From assembly GCA_964016885.1 (NCBI GenBank), contig OZ024744.1, positions 105,400,001 through 105,464,000 of the forward strand: a DNA stretch of 64,000 nt, read 5' to 3'. Made by a program: the position numbers and the translations under genes. Positions 37,216-51,900 of this stretch are shown piece by piece. The DNA is from Eledone cirrhosa (lineage: Eukaryota). Numbering within the stretch: position 1 is the first letter of the stretch; the number at the start of each line of letters is the position of its first letter. The notes under the pieces were generated by a model. The model was given only the letters and a program-made list of their open reading frames with translations. It made no database searches and was not told the DNA's origin.

Positions 37216-40200
37216 CTACAGATGTATGCCGTCTATGACTAGTCTGTGTCTACAGTTGTATGCCGTCTATGACTAGTCTGTGTCTACGGTTGTATGCCGT
37301 CTATGACTAGTCTGTGTCTACAGTTGTATGCCGTCTATGACTAGTTTGTGTCTACTGTTGTATACCGTCTATGACTAGTCTGTGTCTACGGTTGTATGCA
37401 GTCTATGACTAGTCTGTGTCTACGGTTGTATGCCGTCTATGATTAGTCTGTGTCTACGGTTGTATGCCGTCTATGACTAGTCAGTGTCTACAGTTGTATG
37501 CCGTCTATGACTAGTCTGTGTCTTCGGTTGTATGCCGTCTATGACTAGTCTGTCTACGGTTGTATGCCGTCTATGACTAGTCTGTGTCTACAGTTGTATG
37601 TCGTCTATGACTAGTCTGTGTCTACGGTTGTATGCCGTCTATGACTATTCTGTGTCTATGGTTGAATGCCGTCTATGACTAGTCTGTGTCTACGGTTGTA
37701 TGCCGTTATGACTAGTCTGATCCACGGTTGTATGCCGTCTATGACTAGTCTAATCCACTGTTGTATGCCGTCTATGACTAGTCTGTGTCTTCAGTTGTGT
37801 GCCGTTTATGAGTAGTCTGTGTGTACGGTTGTATGCCGTCTACGACTAGTCTGTGTCTACGGTTGTATGCCGTCTATGACTAGTCTGTGTCTACGGTTGT
37901 ATGCCGTCTATGACTAGTCTGTGTCTACGGTTGTATGCAGTCTATGACTAGTCTGTGTGTTCGGTTGTATGCCGTCTATGACTAGTCTGAATCTACGGTT
38001 GTATGCAGTCTATGACTAGTCTGTGTCTACAGTTGTATGCCGTTTATGACTAGTCTGTGTGTACGGTTGTATGCCGTCTATGACTAGTTTGTGTCTACAG
38101 TTGTATGCCGTCTATGACTAGTCTGTGTCTACAGTTGTATACCGTCTATGACTTGTCTATGTCTACAGTTGTATGCCGTCTATCACTAGTCTGTGTCTAC
38201 GGTTGTATGCCGTCTATGACTAGTCTGTGTCTACGGTTGTATGCCGTCTATGACTAGTCTGTGTCTACGGTTGTATGCTGTCTATGACTAGTCTGTGTCT
38301 ACTGCTGTATGCAGTCTATGACTAGTCTGTGTCTACGGTTGTATGCAGGCTATGACTAGTCTGTGTCTACGGTTGTATGCCGTCTATGACTAGTCTGTTT
38401 GTACGGTTGTATGCCGTCTATGACTAGTCTTTGTGTACGGTTGTATGCCGTCTATGACTAGTCTGTGTGTACGGTTGAATGCCGTCTATGACTAGTCTGT
38501 GTCTACGGTTGTATGCCGTCTATGACTAGTCTGTGTGTACGGTTGTATGCCGTCTATGACTAGTCTGTGTCTACGGTTGTATGCCGTCTATGACTACTCT
38601 GTGTCTACAGTTGTATGCCGTCTATGACTAGTCTGTGTCTACGGTTGTATGCCGTCTATGACTAGTCTGTGTCTACAGTTGTATGCCGTCTCTGACTAGT
38701 CTGTGTCTACGGTTGTATGCCGTCTATGACTAGTCTGTGTCTACGGTTGTATTCCGTCTATGACTAGTCTGTGTCTACGGTTTATGCCGTCTATGACTAG
38801 TCTGTGTCTACGGTTGTATGCCATCTATGACTAGTCTGTGTGTACGGTTGTATGCCGTCTATGACTAGTCTGTGTCTACGGTTGTATGCCGTCTATGACT
38901 AGTCTGTGTGTAATGTTGTATGCCGTCTATGACTAGTCTGTGTCTACGCTTGTATGCCGTCTATGACTAGAATGTGTCTACGGCTGTATGCCATCTATGA
39001 CTAGTCTGTGTGTAATGTTGTATGCCGTCTATGACTAGTCTGTGTCTACGCTTGTATGCCGTCTATGACTAGTCTGTGTGTACGGTTGTATGCCGTCTAT
39101 GACTAGTCTGTGTCTACGGTTGTATGCCGTCTATGACTTGTCTGTGTCTACGGTTGTATGCCCTCTTTGACTAGTCTGTGTCTACGGTTGTATGCCGTCT
39201 ATGACTAGTCTGTGTCTACTGTTGTATGCAGTCTATGACTAGTCTGTGTCTACGGTTGTATGCCGTCTATGACTAGTCTGTGTCTACGGTTGTATGCTGT
39301 CTATGACTAGTCTGTGTCTACGGTTGTATGCCGTCTATGACTAGTCTGTGTCTACGGTTGTATGCCGTCTATGACTAGTCTGTGTCTACGGTTGTATGCC
39401 GTCTATGTCTAGTCTGAGTCTACGGTTGTAGGCAGTCTATGACTAGTCTGTGTCTACGGTTGTATGCCGTCTATGACTAGTCTGTGTCTACGGTTGTATG
39501 CCGTCTATGACTAGTGTGTGTCTACAGTTGTATGCCGTCTATGACTAGTCTGTGTCTACGGTTGTATGCCGTCTATGACTAGTCTGTGTCTACAGTTGTA
39601 TGCCGTCTATGACTAGTCTGTGTCTACGGTTGTATGCCGTCTATGACTTGTCTGTGTCTACGGTTGTATGCCCTCTTTGACTAGTCTGTGTCTACGGTTG
39701 TATGCCGTCTATGACTAGTCTGTGTCTACTGTTGTATGCAGTCTATGACTAGTCTGTGTCTACGGTTGTATGCCGTCTATGACTAGTCTGTGTCTACGGT
39801 TGTATGCTGTCTATGACTAGTCTGTGTCTACGGTTGTATGCCGTCTATGACTAGTCTGTGTCTACGGTTGTATGCCGTCTATGACTAGTCTGTGTCTACG
39901 GTTGTATGCCGTCTATGTCTAGTCTGAGTCTACGGTTGTAGGCAGTCTATGACTAGTCTGTGTCTACGGTTGTATGCCGTCTATGACTAGTCTGTGTCTA
40001 CGGTTGTATGCCGTCTATGACTAGTGTGTGTCTACAGTTGTATGCCGTCTATGACTAGTTTGTGTCTACTGTTGTATACCGTCTATGACTAGTCTGTGTC
40101 TACGGTTGTATGCAGTCTATGACTAGTCTGTGTCTACGGTTGTATGCCGTCTATGATTAGTCTGTGTCTACGGTTGTATGCCGTCTATGACTAGTCAGTG

Positions 40201-41809
40201 TCTACAGTTGTATGCCGTCTATGACTAGTCTGTGTCTTCGGTTGTATGCCGTCTATGACTAGTCTGTCTACGGTTGTATGCCGTCTATGACTAGTCTGTG
40301 TCTACAGTTGTATGCCGTCTATGACTAGTCTGTGTCTACGGTTGTATGACGTCTATAACTATTCTGTGTCTATGGTTGAATGCCGTCTATGACTAGTCTG
40401 TGTCTACGGTTGTATGCCGTTATGACTAGTCTGATCCACGGTTGTATGCCGTCTATGACTAGTCTGATCCACTGTTGTATGCCGTCTATGACTAGTCTGT
40501 GTCTTCAGTTGTATGCCGTTTATGAGTAGTCTGTGTGTACGGTTGTATGCCGTCTATGACTAGTCTGTGTCTACGGTTGTATGCCGTCTATGACTAGTCT
40601 GTGTCTACGGTTGTATGCCGTCTATGACTAGTCTGTGTCTACGGTTGTATGCAGTCTATGACTAGTCTGTGTGTTCGGTTGTATGCCGTCTATGACTAGT
40701 CTGAATCTACGGTTGTATGCAGTCTATGACTAGTCTGTGTCTACAGTTGTATGCCGTTTATGACTAGTCTGTGTGTACGGTTGTATGCCGTCTATGACTA
40801 GTTTGTGTCTACAGTTGTATGCCGTCTATGACTAGTCTGTGTCTACAGTTGTATACCGTCTATGACTTGTCTATGTCTACAGTTGTATGCCGTCTATCAC
40901 TAGTCTGTGTCTACGGTTGTATGCCGTCTATGACTAGTCTGTGTCTACGGTTGTATGCCGTCTATGACTAGTCTGTGTCTACGGTTGTATGCTGTCTATG
41001 ACTAGTCTGTGTCTACTGCTGTATGCAGTCTATGACTAGTCTGTGTCTACGGTTGTATGCAGGCTATGACTAGTCTGTGTCTACGGTTGTATGCCGTCTA
41101 TGACTAGTCTGTTTGTACGGTTGTATGCCGTCTATGACTAGTCTTTGTGTACGGTTGTATGCCGTCTATGACTAGTCTGTGTGTACGGTTGAATGCCGTC
41201 TATGACTAGTCTGTGTCTACGGTTGAATGCCGTCTATGACTAGTCTGTGTGTACGGTTGTATGCCGTCTATGACTAGTCTGTGTCTACGGTTGTATGCCG
41301 TCTGTGACTAGTCTGATCCACGGTTGTATGCCGTCTATGACTAGTCTGATCCACGGTTGTATGCCGTCTATGACTAGTCTGTGTCTACGGTTGTATGCAG
41401 TCTATGACTAGTCAGTGTCTACGGTTGTATGGCGTCTATGACTAGTCTGTGTCTACGGTTGTATGCCATATATGACTAGTCTGTGTCTACAGTTGTATGC
41501 CATCTATGACTAGTCTGTGTCAACAGTTGTATACTGTCTATGACTAGTCTGTGTCTACGGTTGTATGCCGTCTATGACTAGTCTGTGTGTACGGTTCTAT
41601 GCCGTCTATGACTAGTCTGTGTGTACGGTTGTATGCCGTCTATGACTAGTCTGTGTGTACGGTTGTATGCCGTCTATGACTAGTCTGTGTGTACGGTTGT
41701 ATGCCGTCTATGACTAGTCTGAGTCTACGGTTGTATGCCGTCTATGACTAGTCTGTGTGTACGGTTCTATGCCGGCTATGACTAGTCTGTGTCTAGGGTT
41801 GTATGCAGT

Positions 41810-44800
41810 CTATGACTAGTCTGTGTGTACGGTTGTATGCCGTCTATGACTAGTCTGTGTATACGGTTGTATGCCGTCTATGACTAGTCTGTGTCTACGG
41901 TTGTATGCCGTCTATGACTAGTCTGTGTCTACAGTTGTATGCCGTCTATGACTAGTCTGTGTCTACGGTTGTATGCTGTCTATGACTAGTCTGTGTCTAC
42001 AGTTGTATGCCGTCACTGACTAGTCTGTGTCTACGGTTGTATGCCGTCTATGACTAGTCTGTGTCTACGGTTGTATGCCGTCTATGACTAGTCTGTGTCT
42101 ACGGTTGTATGCCGTCTATGACTAGTCTGTGTCTACAGTTGTATGCCGTCTATGACTAGTCTGTGTCTACGGTTGTATGCCGTCTATGACTAGACTGTGT
42201 CTACAGATTTATGCCGTCTCTGACTAGTCTGTGTCTACGGTTGTATGCCGTCTATGACTAGTCTGTGTCTACGGTTGTATGCCGTCTATGACTAGTCTGT
42301 GTCTACGGTTGTATGCAGTCTATGACTAGTCTGTGTCTACGGTTGTATGCCGTATATGACTAGTCTGTGTCTACGGTTGTATGCCGTCTATGACTAGTCT
42401 GTGTCTACGGTTGTATGCCGTATATGACTAGTCTGTGTGTACGGTTGTATGCCATCGATGACTAGCCTGTGTGTACGGTTGTATGCCGTCTATGACTAGT
42501 CTGTGTCTACGGTTGTATGCCGTCTATGACTAATCTGTGTGTACGGTTGTATGCAGTCTATGACTAGTCTGTGTCTACGGTTGTATGCCGTCTATGACTA
42601 GTCTGTGTCTACGGTTGTATTCAGTATAAGACTAGTCTGATCCACGGTTGTATGCCGTCTATGACTAGTCTGTGTCTTCGGTTGTATGCCGTCTATGACT
42701 AGTCTGTGTCTACAGTTGTATGCCGTCTATGACTAGACTGTGTCTACAGTTGTATGCCGTCTATGACTAGTCTGTGTCTACGGTTGTATGCCGTCTATGA
42801 CTAGTCTGAGTCTACGGTTGTATGCCGTCTATGACTAGTCTGTGTCTACGGTTGTATGCCGTCTATGACTAGTCTGATCCACGGTTGTATGCCGTATATG
42901 ACTAGTCTGTGTGTACGGTTGTATGCAGTCTATGACTAGTCTGTGTCCACGGTTGTATGCAGTCTATGACTAGTGTGATCCACGGTTGTATGCCGTCTAT
43001 GACTAGTCTGATCCACGGTTGTATGCCGTCTATGACTAGTCTGTGTCTACGGTTGTATGCAGTCTATGACTAGTCAGTGTCTACGGTTGTATGGCGTCTA
43101 TGACTAGTCTGTGTCTACAGTTGTATGCCATCTATGACTAGTCTGTGTCAACAGTTGTATACCGTCTATGACTAGTCTGTGTCTACGGTTGTATGCCGTC
43201 TATGACTAGTCTGTGTGTACGGTTGTATGCCGTCTATGACTAGTCTGTGTGTACTGTTGTATGCCGTCTATGACTAGTCTGTGTGTACGGTTGTATGCCG
43301 TCTATGACTAGTCGGTGTCTACGGTTGTATGCCATCTATGACTAGTCTGTGTCTACAGTTGTATGCCATCTATGACTAGTCTGTGTCAACAGTTGTATAC
43401 TGTCTATGACTAGTCTGTGTCTACGGTTGTATGCCGTCTATGACTAGTCTGTGTGTACGGTTGTATGCCGTCTATGACTAGTCTGTGTGTACGGTTGTAT
43501 GCCGTCTATGACTAGTCTGTGTGTACGGTTGTATGCCGTCTATGACTAGTCTGAGTCTACGGTTGTATGCCGTCTATGACTAGTCTGTGTGTACGGTTCT
43601 ATGCCGTCTATGACTAGTCTGTGTCTAGGGTTGTATGCAGTCTATGACTAGTCTGTGTGTACGGTTGTATGCCGTCTATGACTAGTCTGTGTATACGGTT
43701 GTATGCCGTCTATGACTAGTCTGTGTCTACGGTTGTATGCCGTCTATGACTAGTCTGTGTCTACAGTTGTATGCCGTCTATGACTAGTCTGTGTCTACGG
43801 TTGTATGCCGTCTATGACTAGTCTGTGTCTACAGTTGTATGCCGTCACTGACTAGTCTGTGTCTACGGTTGTATGCCGTCTATGACTAGTCTGTGTCTAC
43901 GGTTGTATGCCGTCTATGACTAGTCTGTGTCTACGGTTGTATGCCGTCTATGACTAGTCGGTGTCTACAGATTTATGCCGTCTCTGACTAGTCTGTGTCT
44001 ACGGTTGTATGCCGTCTATGCCTGGTCTGTGTCTACGGTTGTATGCCGTCTATGACTAGTCTGTGTCTACAGTTGTATGCCGTCTATGACTAGTCTGTGT
44101 CTACGGTTGTATGCTGTCTATGACTAGTCTGTGTCTACTGCTGTATGCAGTCTATGACTAGTCTGTGTCTACGGTTGTATGCAGGCTATGACTAGTCTGT
44201 GTCTACGGTTGTATGCCGTCTATGACTAGTCTGTGTGTACGGTTGTATGCCGTCTATGACTAGTCTTTGTGTACGGTTGTATGCCGTCTATGACTAGTCT
44301 GTGTGTACGGTTGAATGCCGTCTATGACTAGTCTGTGTCTACGGTTGTATGCCGTCTATGACTAGTCTGTGTGTACGGTTGTATGCCGTCTATGACTAGT
44401 CTGTGTCTACGGTTGTATGCCGTCTATGACTAGTCTGTGTGTATGGTTGTATGCCGTCTATGACTAGTCTGAGTCTACGGTTGTATGCCGTCTATGACTA
44501 GTCTGTGTGTACGGTTCTATGCCGTCTATGACTAGTCTGTGTCTAGGGTTGTATGCCGTCTATGACTAGTCTGTGTGTACGGTTGTATGCCGTCTATGAC
44601 TAGTCTGTGTATACGGTTGTATGCCGTCTATGACTAGTCTGTGTCTACGGTTGTATGCCGTCTATGACTAGTCTGTGTCTACAGTTGTATGCCGTCTATG
44701 ACTAGTCTGTGTCTACGGTTTTATGCCGTCTATGACTAGTCTGTGTCTACAGTTGTATGCCTTTTCTGACTAGTCTGTGTCTACGGTTGTATGCCGTCTA

Positions 44801-47800
44801 TGACTAGTCTGTGTCTACGGTTGTATGCCGTCTATGACTAGTCGGTGTCTACAGATTTATGCCGTCTCTGACTAGTCTGTGTCTACGGTTGTATGCCGTC
44901 TATGCCTGGTCTGTGTCTACGGTTGTATGCCGTCTATGACTAGTCTGTGTCTACAGTTGTATGCCGTCTATGACTAGTCTGTGTCTACGGTTGTATGCTG
45001 TCTATGACTAGTCTGTGTCTACTGCTGTATGCAGTCTATGACTAGTCTGTGTCTACGGTTGTATGCAGGCTATGACTAGTCTGTGTCTACGGTTGTATGC
45101 CGTCTATGACTAGTCTGTGTGTACGGTTGTATGCCGTCTATGACTAGTCTTTGTGTACGGTTGTATGCCGTCTATGACTAGTCTGTGTGTACGGTTGAAT
45201 GCCGTCTATGACTAGTCTGTGTCTACGGTTGTATGCCGTCTATGACTAGTCTGTGTGTACGGTTGTATGCCGTCTATGACTAGTCTGTGTCTACGGTTGT
45301 ATGCCGTCTATGACTAGTCTGTGTGTACGGTTGTATGCCGTCTATGACTAGTCTGTGTGTACGGTTGTATGCCGTCTATGACTAGTCTGTGTATACGGTT
45401 GTATGCCGTCTATGACTAGTCTGTGTCTACGGTTGTATGCCGTCTATGACTAGTCTGTGTCTACAGTTGTATGCCGTCTATGACTAGTCTGTGTCTACGG
45501 TTGTATGCTGTCTATGACTAGTCTGTGTCTACAGTTGTATGCCGTCACTGACTAGTCTGTGTCTACGGTTGTATGCCGTCTATGACTAGTCTGTGTCTAC
45601 GGTTGTATGCCGTCTATGACTAGTCTGTGTCTACGGTTGTATGCCGTCTATGACTAGTCTGTGTCTACAGTTGTATGCCGTCTATGACTAGTCTGTGTCT
45701 ACGGTTGTATGCCGTCTATGACTAGACTGTGTCTACAGATTTATGCCGTCTCTGACTAGTCTGTGTCTACGGTTGTATGCCGTCTATGACTAGTCTGTGT
45801 CTACGGTTGTATGCCGTCTATGACTAGTCTGTGTCTACGGTTGTATGCAGTCTATGACTAGTCTGTGTCTACGGTTGTATGCCGTATATGACTAGTCTGT
45901 GTCTACGGTTGTATGCCGTCTATGACTAGTCTGTGTCTACGGTTGTATGCCGTATATGACTAGTCTGTGTGTACGGTTGTATGCCATCGATGACTAGCCT
46001 GTGTGTACGGTTGTATGCCGTCTATGACTAGTCTGTGTCTACGGTTGTATGCCGTCTATGACTAATCTGTGTGTACGGTTGTATGCAGTCTATGACTAGT
46101 CTGTGTCTACGGTTGTATGCCGTCTATGACTAGTCTGTGTCTACGGTTGTATTCAGTATAAGACTAGTCTGATCCACGGTTGTATGCCGTCTATGACTAG
46201 TCTGTGTCTTCGGTTGTATGCCGTCTATGACTAGTCTGTGTCTACAGTTGTATGCCGTCTATGACTAGACTGTGTCTACAGTTGTATGCCGTCTATGACT
46301 AGTCTGTGTCTACGGTTGTATGCCGTCTATGACTAGTCTGAGTCTACGGTTGTATGCCGTCTATGACTAGTCTGTGTCTACGGTTGTATGCCGTCTATGA
46401 CTAGTCTGATCCACGGTTGTATGCCGTATATGACTAGTCTGTGTGTACGGTTGTATGCAGTCTATGACTAGTCTGTGTCCACGGTTGTATGCAGTCTATG
46501 ACTAGTGTGATCCACGGTTGTATGCCGTCTATGACTAGTCTGATCCACGGTTGTATGCCGTCTATGACTAGTCTGTGTCTACGGTTGTATGCAGTCTATG
46601 ACTAGTCAGTGTCTACGGTTGTATGGCGTCTATGACTAGTCTGTGTCTACAGTTGTATGCCATCTATGACTAGTCTGTGTCAACAGTTGTATACCGTCTA
46701 TGACTAGTCTGTGTCTACGGTTGTATGCCGTCTATGACTAGTCTGTGTGTACGGTTGTATGCCGTCTATGACTAGTCTGTGTGTACTGTTGTATGCCGTC
46801 TATGACTAGTCTGTGTGTACGGTTGTATGCCGTCTATGACTAGTCGGTGTCTACGGTTGTATGCCATCTATGACTAGTCTGTGTCTACAGTTGTATGCCA
46901 TCTATGACTAGTCTGTGTCAACAGTTGTATACTGTCTATGACTAGTCTGTGTCTACGGTTGTATGCCGTCTATGACTAGTCTGTGTGTACGGTTGTATGC
47001 CGTCTATGACTAGTCTGTGTGTACGGTTGTATGCCGTCTATGACTAGTCTGTGTGTACGGTTGTATGCCGTCTATGACTAGTCTGAGTCTACGGTTGTAT
47101 GCCGTCTATGACTAGTCTGTGTGTACGGTTCTATGCCGTCTATGACTAGTCTGTGTCTAGGGTTGTATGCAGTCTATGACTAGTCTGTGTGTACGGTTGT
47201 ATGCCGTCTATGACTAGTCTGTGTATACGGTTGTATGCCGTCTATGACTAGTCTGTGTCTACGGTTGTATGCCGTCTATGACTAGTCTGTGTCTACAGTT
47301 GTATGCCGTCTATGACTAGTCTGTGTCTACGGTTGTATGCCGTCTATGACTAGTCTGTGTCTACAGTTGTATGCCGTCACTGACTAGTCTGTGTCTACGG
47401 TTGTATGCCGTCTATGACTAGTCTGTGTCTACGGTTGTATGCCGTCTATGACTAGTCTGTGTCTACGGTTGTATGCCGTCTATGACTAGTCGGTGTCTAC
47501 AGATTTATGCCGTCTCTGACTAGTCTGTGTCTACGGTTGTATGCCGTCTATGCCTGGTCTGTGTCTACGGTTGTATGCCGTCTATGACTAGTCTGTGTCT
47601 ACAGTTGTATGCCGTCTATGACTAGTCTGTGTCTACGGTTGTATGCTGTCTATGACTAGTCTGTGTCTACTGCTGTATGCAGTCTATGACTAGTCTGTGT
47701 CTACGGTTGTATGCAGGCTATGACTAGTCTGTGTCTACGGTTGTATGCCGTCTATGACTAGTCTGTGTGTACGGTTGTATGCCGTCTATGACTAGTCTTT

Positions 47801-48920
47801 GTGTACGGTTGTATGCCGTCTATGACTAGTCTGTGTGTACGGTTGAATGCCGTCTATGACTAGTCTGTGTCTACGGTTGTATGCCGTCTATGACTAGTCT
47901 GTGTGTACGGTTGTATGCCGTCTATGACTAGTCTGTGTCTACGGTTGTATGCCGTCTATGACTAGTCTGTGTGTATGGTTGTATGCCGTCTATGACTAGT
48001 CTGAGTCTACGGTTGTATGCCGTCTATGACTAGTCTGTGTGTACGGTTCTATGCCGTCTATGACTAGTCTGTGTCTAGGGTTGTATGCCGTCTATGACTA
48101 GTCTGTGTGTACGGTTGTATGCCGTCTATGACTAGTCTGTGTATACGGTTGTATGCCGTCTATGACTAGTCTGTGTCTACGGTTGTATGCCGTCTATGAC
48201 TAGTCTGTGTCTACAGTTGTATGCCGTCTATGACTAGTCTGTGTCTACGGTTTTATGCCGTCTATGACTAGTCTGTGTCTACAGTTGTATGCCTTTTCTG
48301 ACTAGTCTGTGTCTACGGTTGTATGCCGTCTATGACTAGTCTGTGTCTACGGTTGTATGCCGTCTATGACTAGTCGGTGTCTACAGATTTATGCCGTCTC
48401 TGACTAGTCTGTGTCTACGGTTGTATGCCGTCTATGCCTGGTCTGTGTCTACGGTTGTATGCCGTCTATGACTAGTCTGTGTCTACAGTTGTATGCCGTC
48501 TATGACTAGTCTGTGTCTACGGTTGTATGCTGTCTATGACTAGTCTGTGTCTACTGCTGTATGCAGTCTATGACTAGTCTGTGTCTACGGTTGTATGCAG
48601 GCTATGACTAGTCTGTGTCTACGGTTGTATGCCGTCTATGACTAGTCTGTGTGTACGGTTGTATGCCGTCTATGACTAGTCTTTGTGTACGGTTGTATGC
48701 CGTCTATGACTAGTCTGTGTGTACGGTTGAATGCCGTCTATGACTAGTCTGTGTCTACGGTTGTATGCCGTCTATGACTAGTCTGTGTGTACGGTTGTAT
48801 GCCGTCTATGACTAGTCTGTGTCTACGGTTGTATGCCGTCTATGACTAGTCTGTGTGTACGGTTGTATGCCGTCTATGACTAGTCTGTGTGTACGGTTGT
48901 ATGCCGTCTATGACTAGTCT
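41810..48920. repeat. Tandem duplication, period 3532 bp (104 monomers)
   Basis: ATTCAGTATAAG at 42619 and 46151, ATACGG at 41861 and 45393. 3532 = 104x34 - 4, matching four 33-bp GATCC monomers. Confidence 0.92.
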
Positions 48921-51900
48921 GAGTCTACGGTTGTATGCCGTCTATGACTAGTCTGTGTGTACGGTTCTATGCCGTCTATGACTAGTCTGTGTCTAGTGTT
49001 GTATGCCGTCTATGACTAGTCTGTGTGTACGGTTGTATGCCGTCTATGACTAGTCTGTGTATACGATTGTATGCCGTCTATGACTAGTCTGTGTCTACGG
49101 TTGTATGCCGTCTATGACTAGTCTGTGTCTACAGTTGTATGCCGTCTATGACTAGTCTGTGTCTACGGTTTTATGCCGTCTATGACTAGTCTGTGTCTAC
49201 AGTTGTATGCCTTCTCTGACTAGTCTGTGTCTACGGTTGTATGCCGTCTATGACTAGTCTGTGTCTACGGTTGTATGCCGTCTATGACTAGTCTGTGTCT
49301 ACGGTTGTATGCCGTCTATGACTAGTCTGTGTCTACAGTTGTATGCCGTCTATGGCTAGTCTGTGTCTACGGTTGTATGCCGTCTATGACTAGTCTGTGT
49401 CTACAGTTTTATGCCGTCTCTGACTAGTCTGTGTCTAGGGTTGTATGCCGTCTATGACTGGTCTGTGTCTACGGTTGTATGCCGTCTATGACTAGTCTGT
49501 GTCTACAGTTGTATGCCGTCTATGACTAGTCTGTGTCTACGGTTGTATGCCGTCTATGACTAGTCTGTGTCTACAGTTGTATGCCGTCTCTGACTAGTCT
49601 GTGTCTACGGTTGTATGCCATCTATGACTAGTCTGTGTCTACGGTTGTATGCCGTCTATGACTAGTCTGAGTCTACGGTTGTATGCAGTCTATGACTAGT
49701 CTGTGTCTACAGTTGTATGCCGTTTATGACTAGTCTGTGTGTACGGTTGTATGCCGTCTATGACTAGTCTGTGTCTACAGTTGTATGCCGTCTATGACTA
49801 GTCTGTGTCTACAGTTGTATACCGTCTATGACTTGTCTATGTCTACAGTTGTATGCCGTCTATGACTAGTCTGTGTCTACGGTTGTATGCCGTCTATGAC
49901 TAGTCTGTGTCTACGGTTGTATGCCGTCTATGACTAGTCTGTGTCTACTGCTGTATGCAGTCTATGACTAGTCTGTGTCTACGGTTGTATGCAGGCTATG
50001 ACTAGTCTGTGTCTACTGTTGTATGCCGTCTATGACTAGTCTGTGTGTACGGTTGTATGCCGTCTATGACTAGTCCTTGTGTACGGTTGTATGCCGTCTA
50101 TGACTAGTCTCTGTGTACGGTTGAATGCCGTCTATGACTAGTCTGTGTCTACGGTTGTATGCCGTCTATGACTAGTCTGTGTGTACGGTTGTATGCCGTC
50201 TATGACTAGTCTGTGTCTACGATTGTATGCCGTCTATGACTAGTCTGATCCACGGTTGTATGCCGTCTATGACTAGTCTGATCCACTGTTGTATGCCGTC
50301 TATGACTAGTCTGTGTCTACGGTTGTATGGCGTCTATGACTAGTCTGTGTCTACCGTTGTATGCCAACTATGACTAGTCTGTGTCTACAGTTGTATGCCA
50401 TCTATGACTAGTCTGTGTCAACAGTTGTATACCGTCTATGACTAGTCTGTGTCTACGGTTGTATGCCGTCTATGACTAGTCTGTGTGTACGGTTGTATGC
50501 CGTCTATGACTAGTCTGTGTGTACGGTTGTATGCCGTCTATGACTAGTCTGTGTGTACGGTTGTATGCCGTCTATGACTAGTCTGTGTGTACGGTTGTAT
50601 GCCGTCTATGACTAGTCTGAGTCTACGGTTGTATGCCGTCTATGACTAGTCTGTGTGTACGGTTCTATGCCGTCTATGACTAGTCTGTGTCTAGGGTTGT
50701 ATGCCGTCTATGACTAGTCTGTGTGTACGGTTGTATTCCGTCTATGACTAGTCTGTGTGTACGGTTCTATGCCGTCTATGACTAGTCTGTGTCTAGGGTT
50801 GTATGCCGTCTATGACTAGTCTGTGTGTGCGGTTGTATGCCGTCTATGACTAGTCTGTGTATACGGTTGTATGCCGTCTATGACTAGTCTGTGTCTACGG
50901 TTGTATGCCGTCTATGACTAGTCTGTGTCTACAGTTGTATGCCGTCTATGACTAGTCTGTGTCTACGGTTGTATGCCGTCTATGACTAGTCTGTGTCTAC
51001 AGTTGTATGCCGTCTCTGACTAGTCTGTGTCTACGGTTGTATGCCGTCTATGACTAGTCTGTGTCTACGGTTGTATTCCGTCTATGACTAGTCTGTGTCT
51101 ACGGTTTATGCCGTCTATGACTAGTCTGTGTCTACGGTTGTATGCCATCTATGACTAGTCTGTGTGTACGGTTGTATGCCGTCTATGACTAGTCTGTGTC
51201 TACGGTTGTATGCCGTCTATGACTAGTCTGTGTGTAATGTTGTATGCCGTCTATGACTAGTCTGTGTCTACGGTTGTATGCCGTCTATGACTAGTCTGTG
51301 TCTACGCTTGTATGCCGTCTATGACTAGAATGTGTCTACGGCTGTATGCCATCTATGACTAGTCTGTGTGTAATGTTGTATGCCGTCTATGACTAGTCTG
51401 TGTCTACGCTTGTATGCCGTCTATGACTAGTCTGTGTGTACGGTTGTATGCCGTCTATGACTAGTCTGTGTCTACGGTTGTATGCCGTCTATGACTTGTC
51501 TGTGTCTACGGTTGTATGCCCTCTTTGACTAGTCTGTGTCTACGGTTGTATGCCGTCTATGACTAGTCTGTGTCTACTGTTGTATGCAGTCTATGACTAG
51601 TCTGTGTCTACGGTTGTATGCCGTCTATGACTAGTCTGTGTCTACGGTTGTATGCTGTCTATGACTAGTCTGTGTCTACGGTTGTATGCCGTCTATGACT
51701 AGTCTGTGTCTACGGTTGTATGCCGTCTATGACTAGTCTGTGTCTACGGTTGTATGCCGTCTATGTCTAGTCTGAGTCTACGGTTGTAGGCAGTCTATGA
51801 CTAGTCTGTGTCTACGGTTGTATGCCGTCTATGACTAGTCTGTGTCTACGGTTGTATGCCGTCTATGACTAGTGTGTGTCTACAGTTGTATGCCGTCTAT

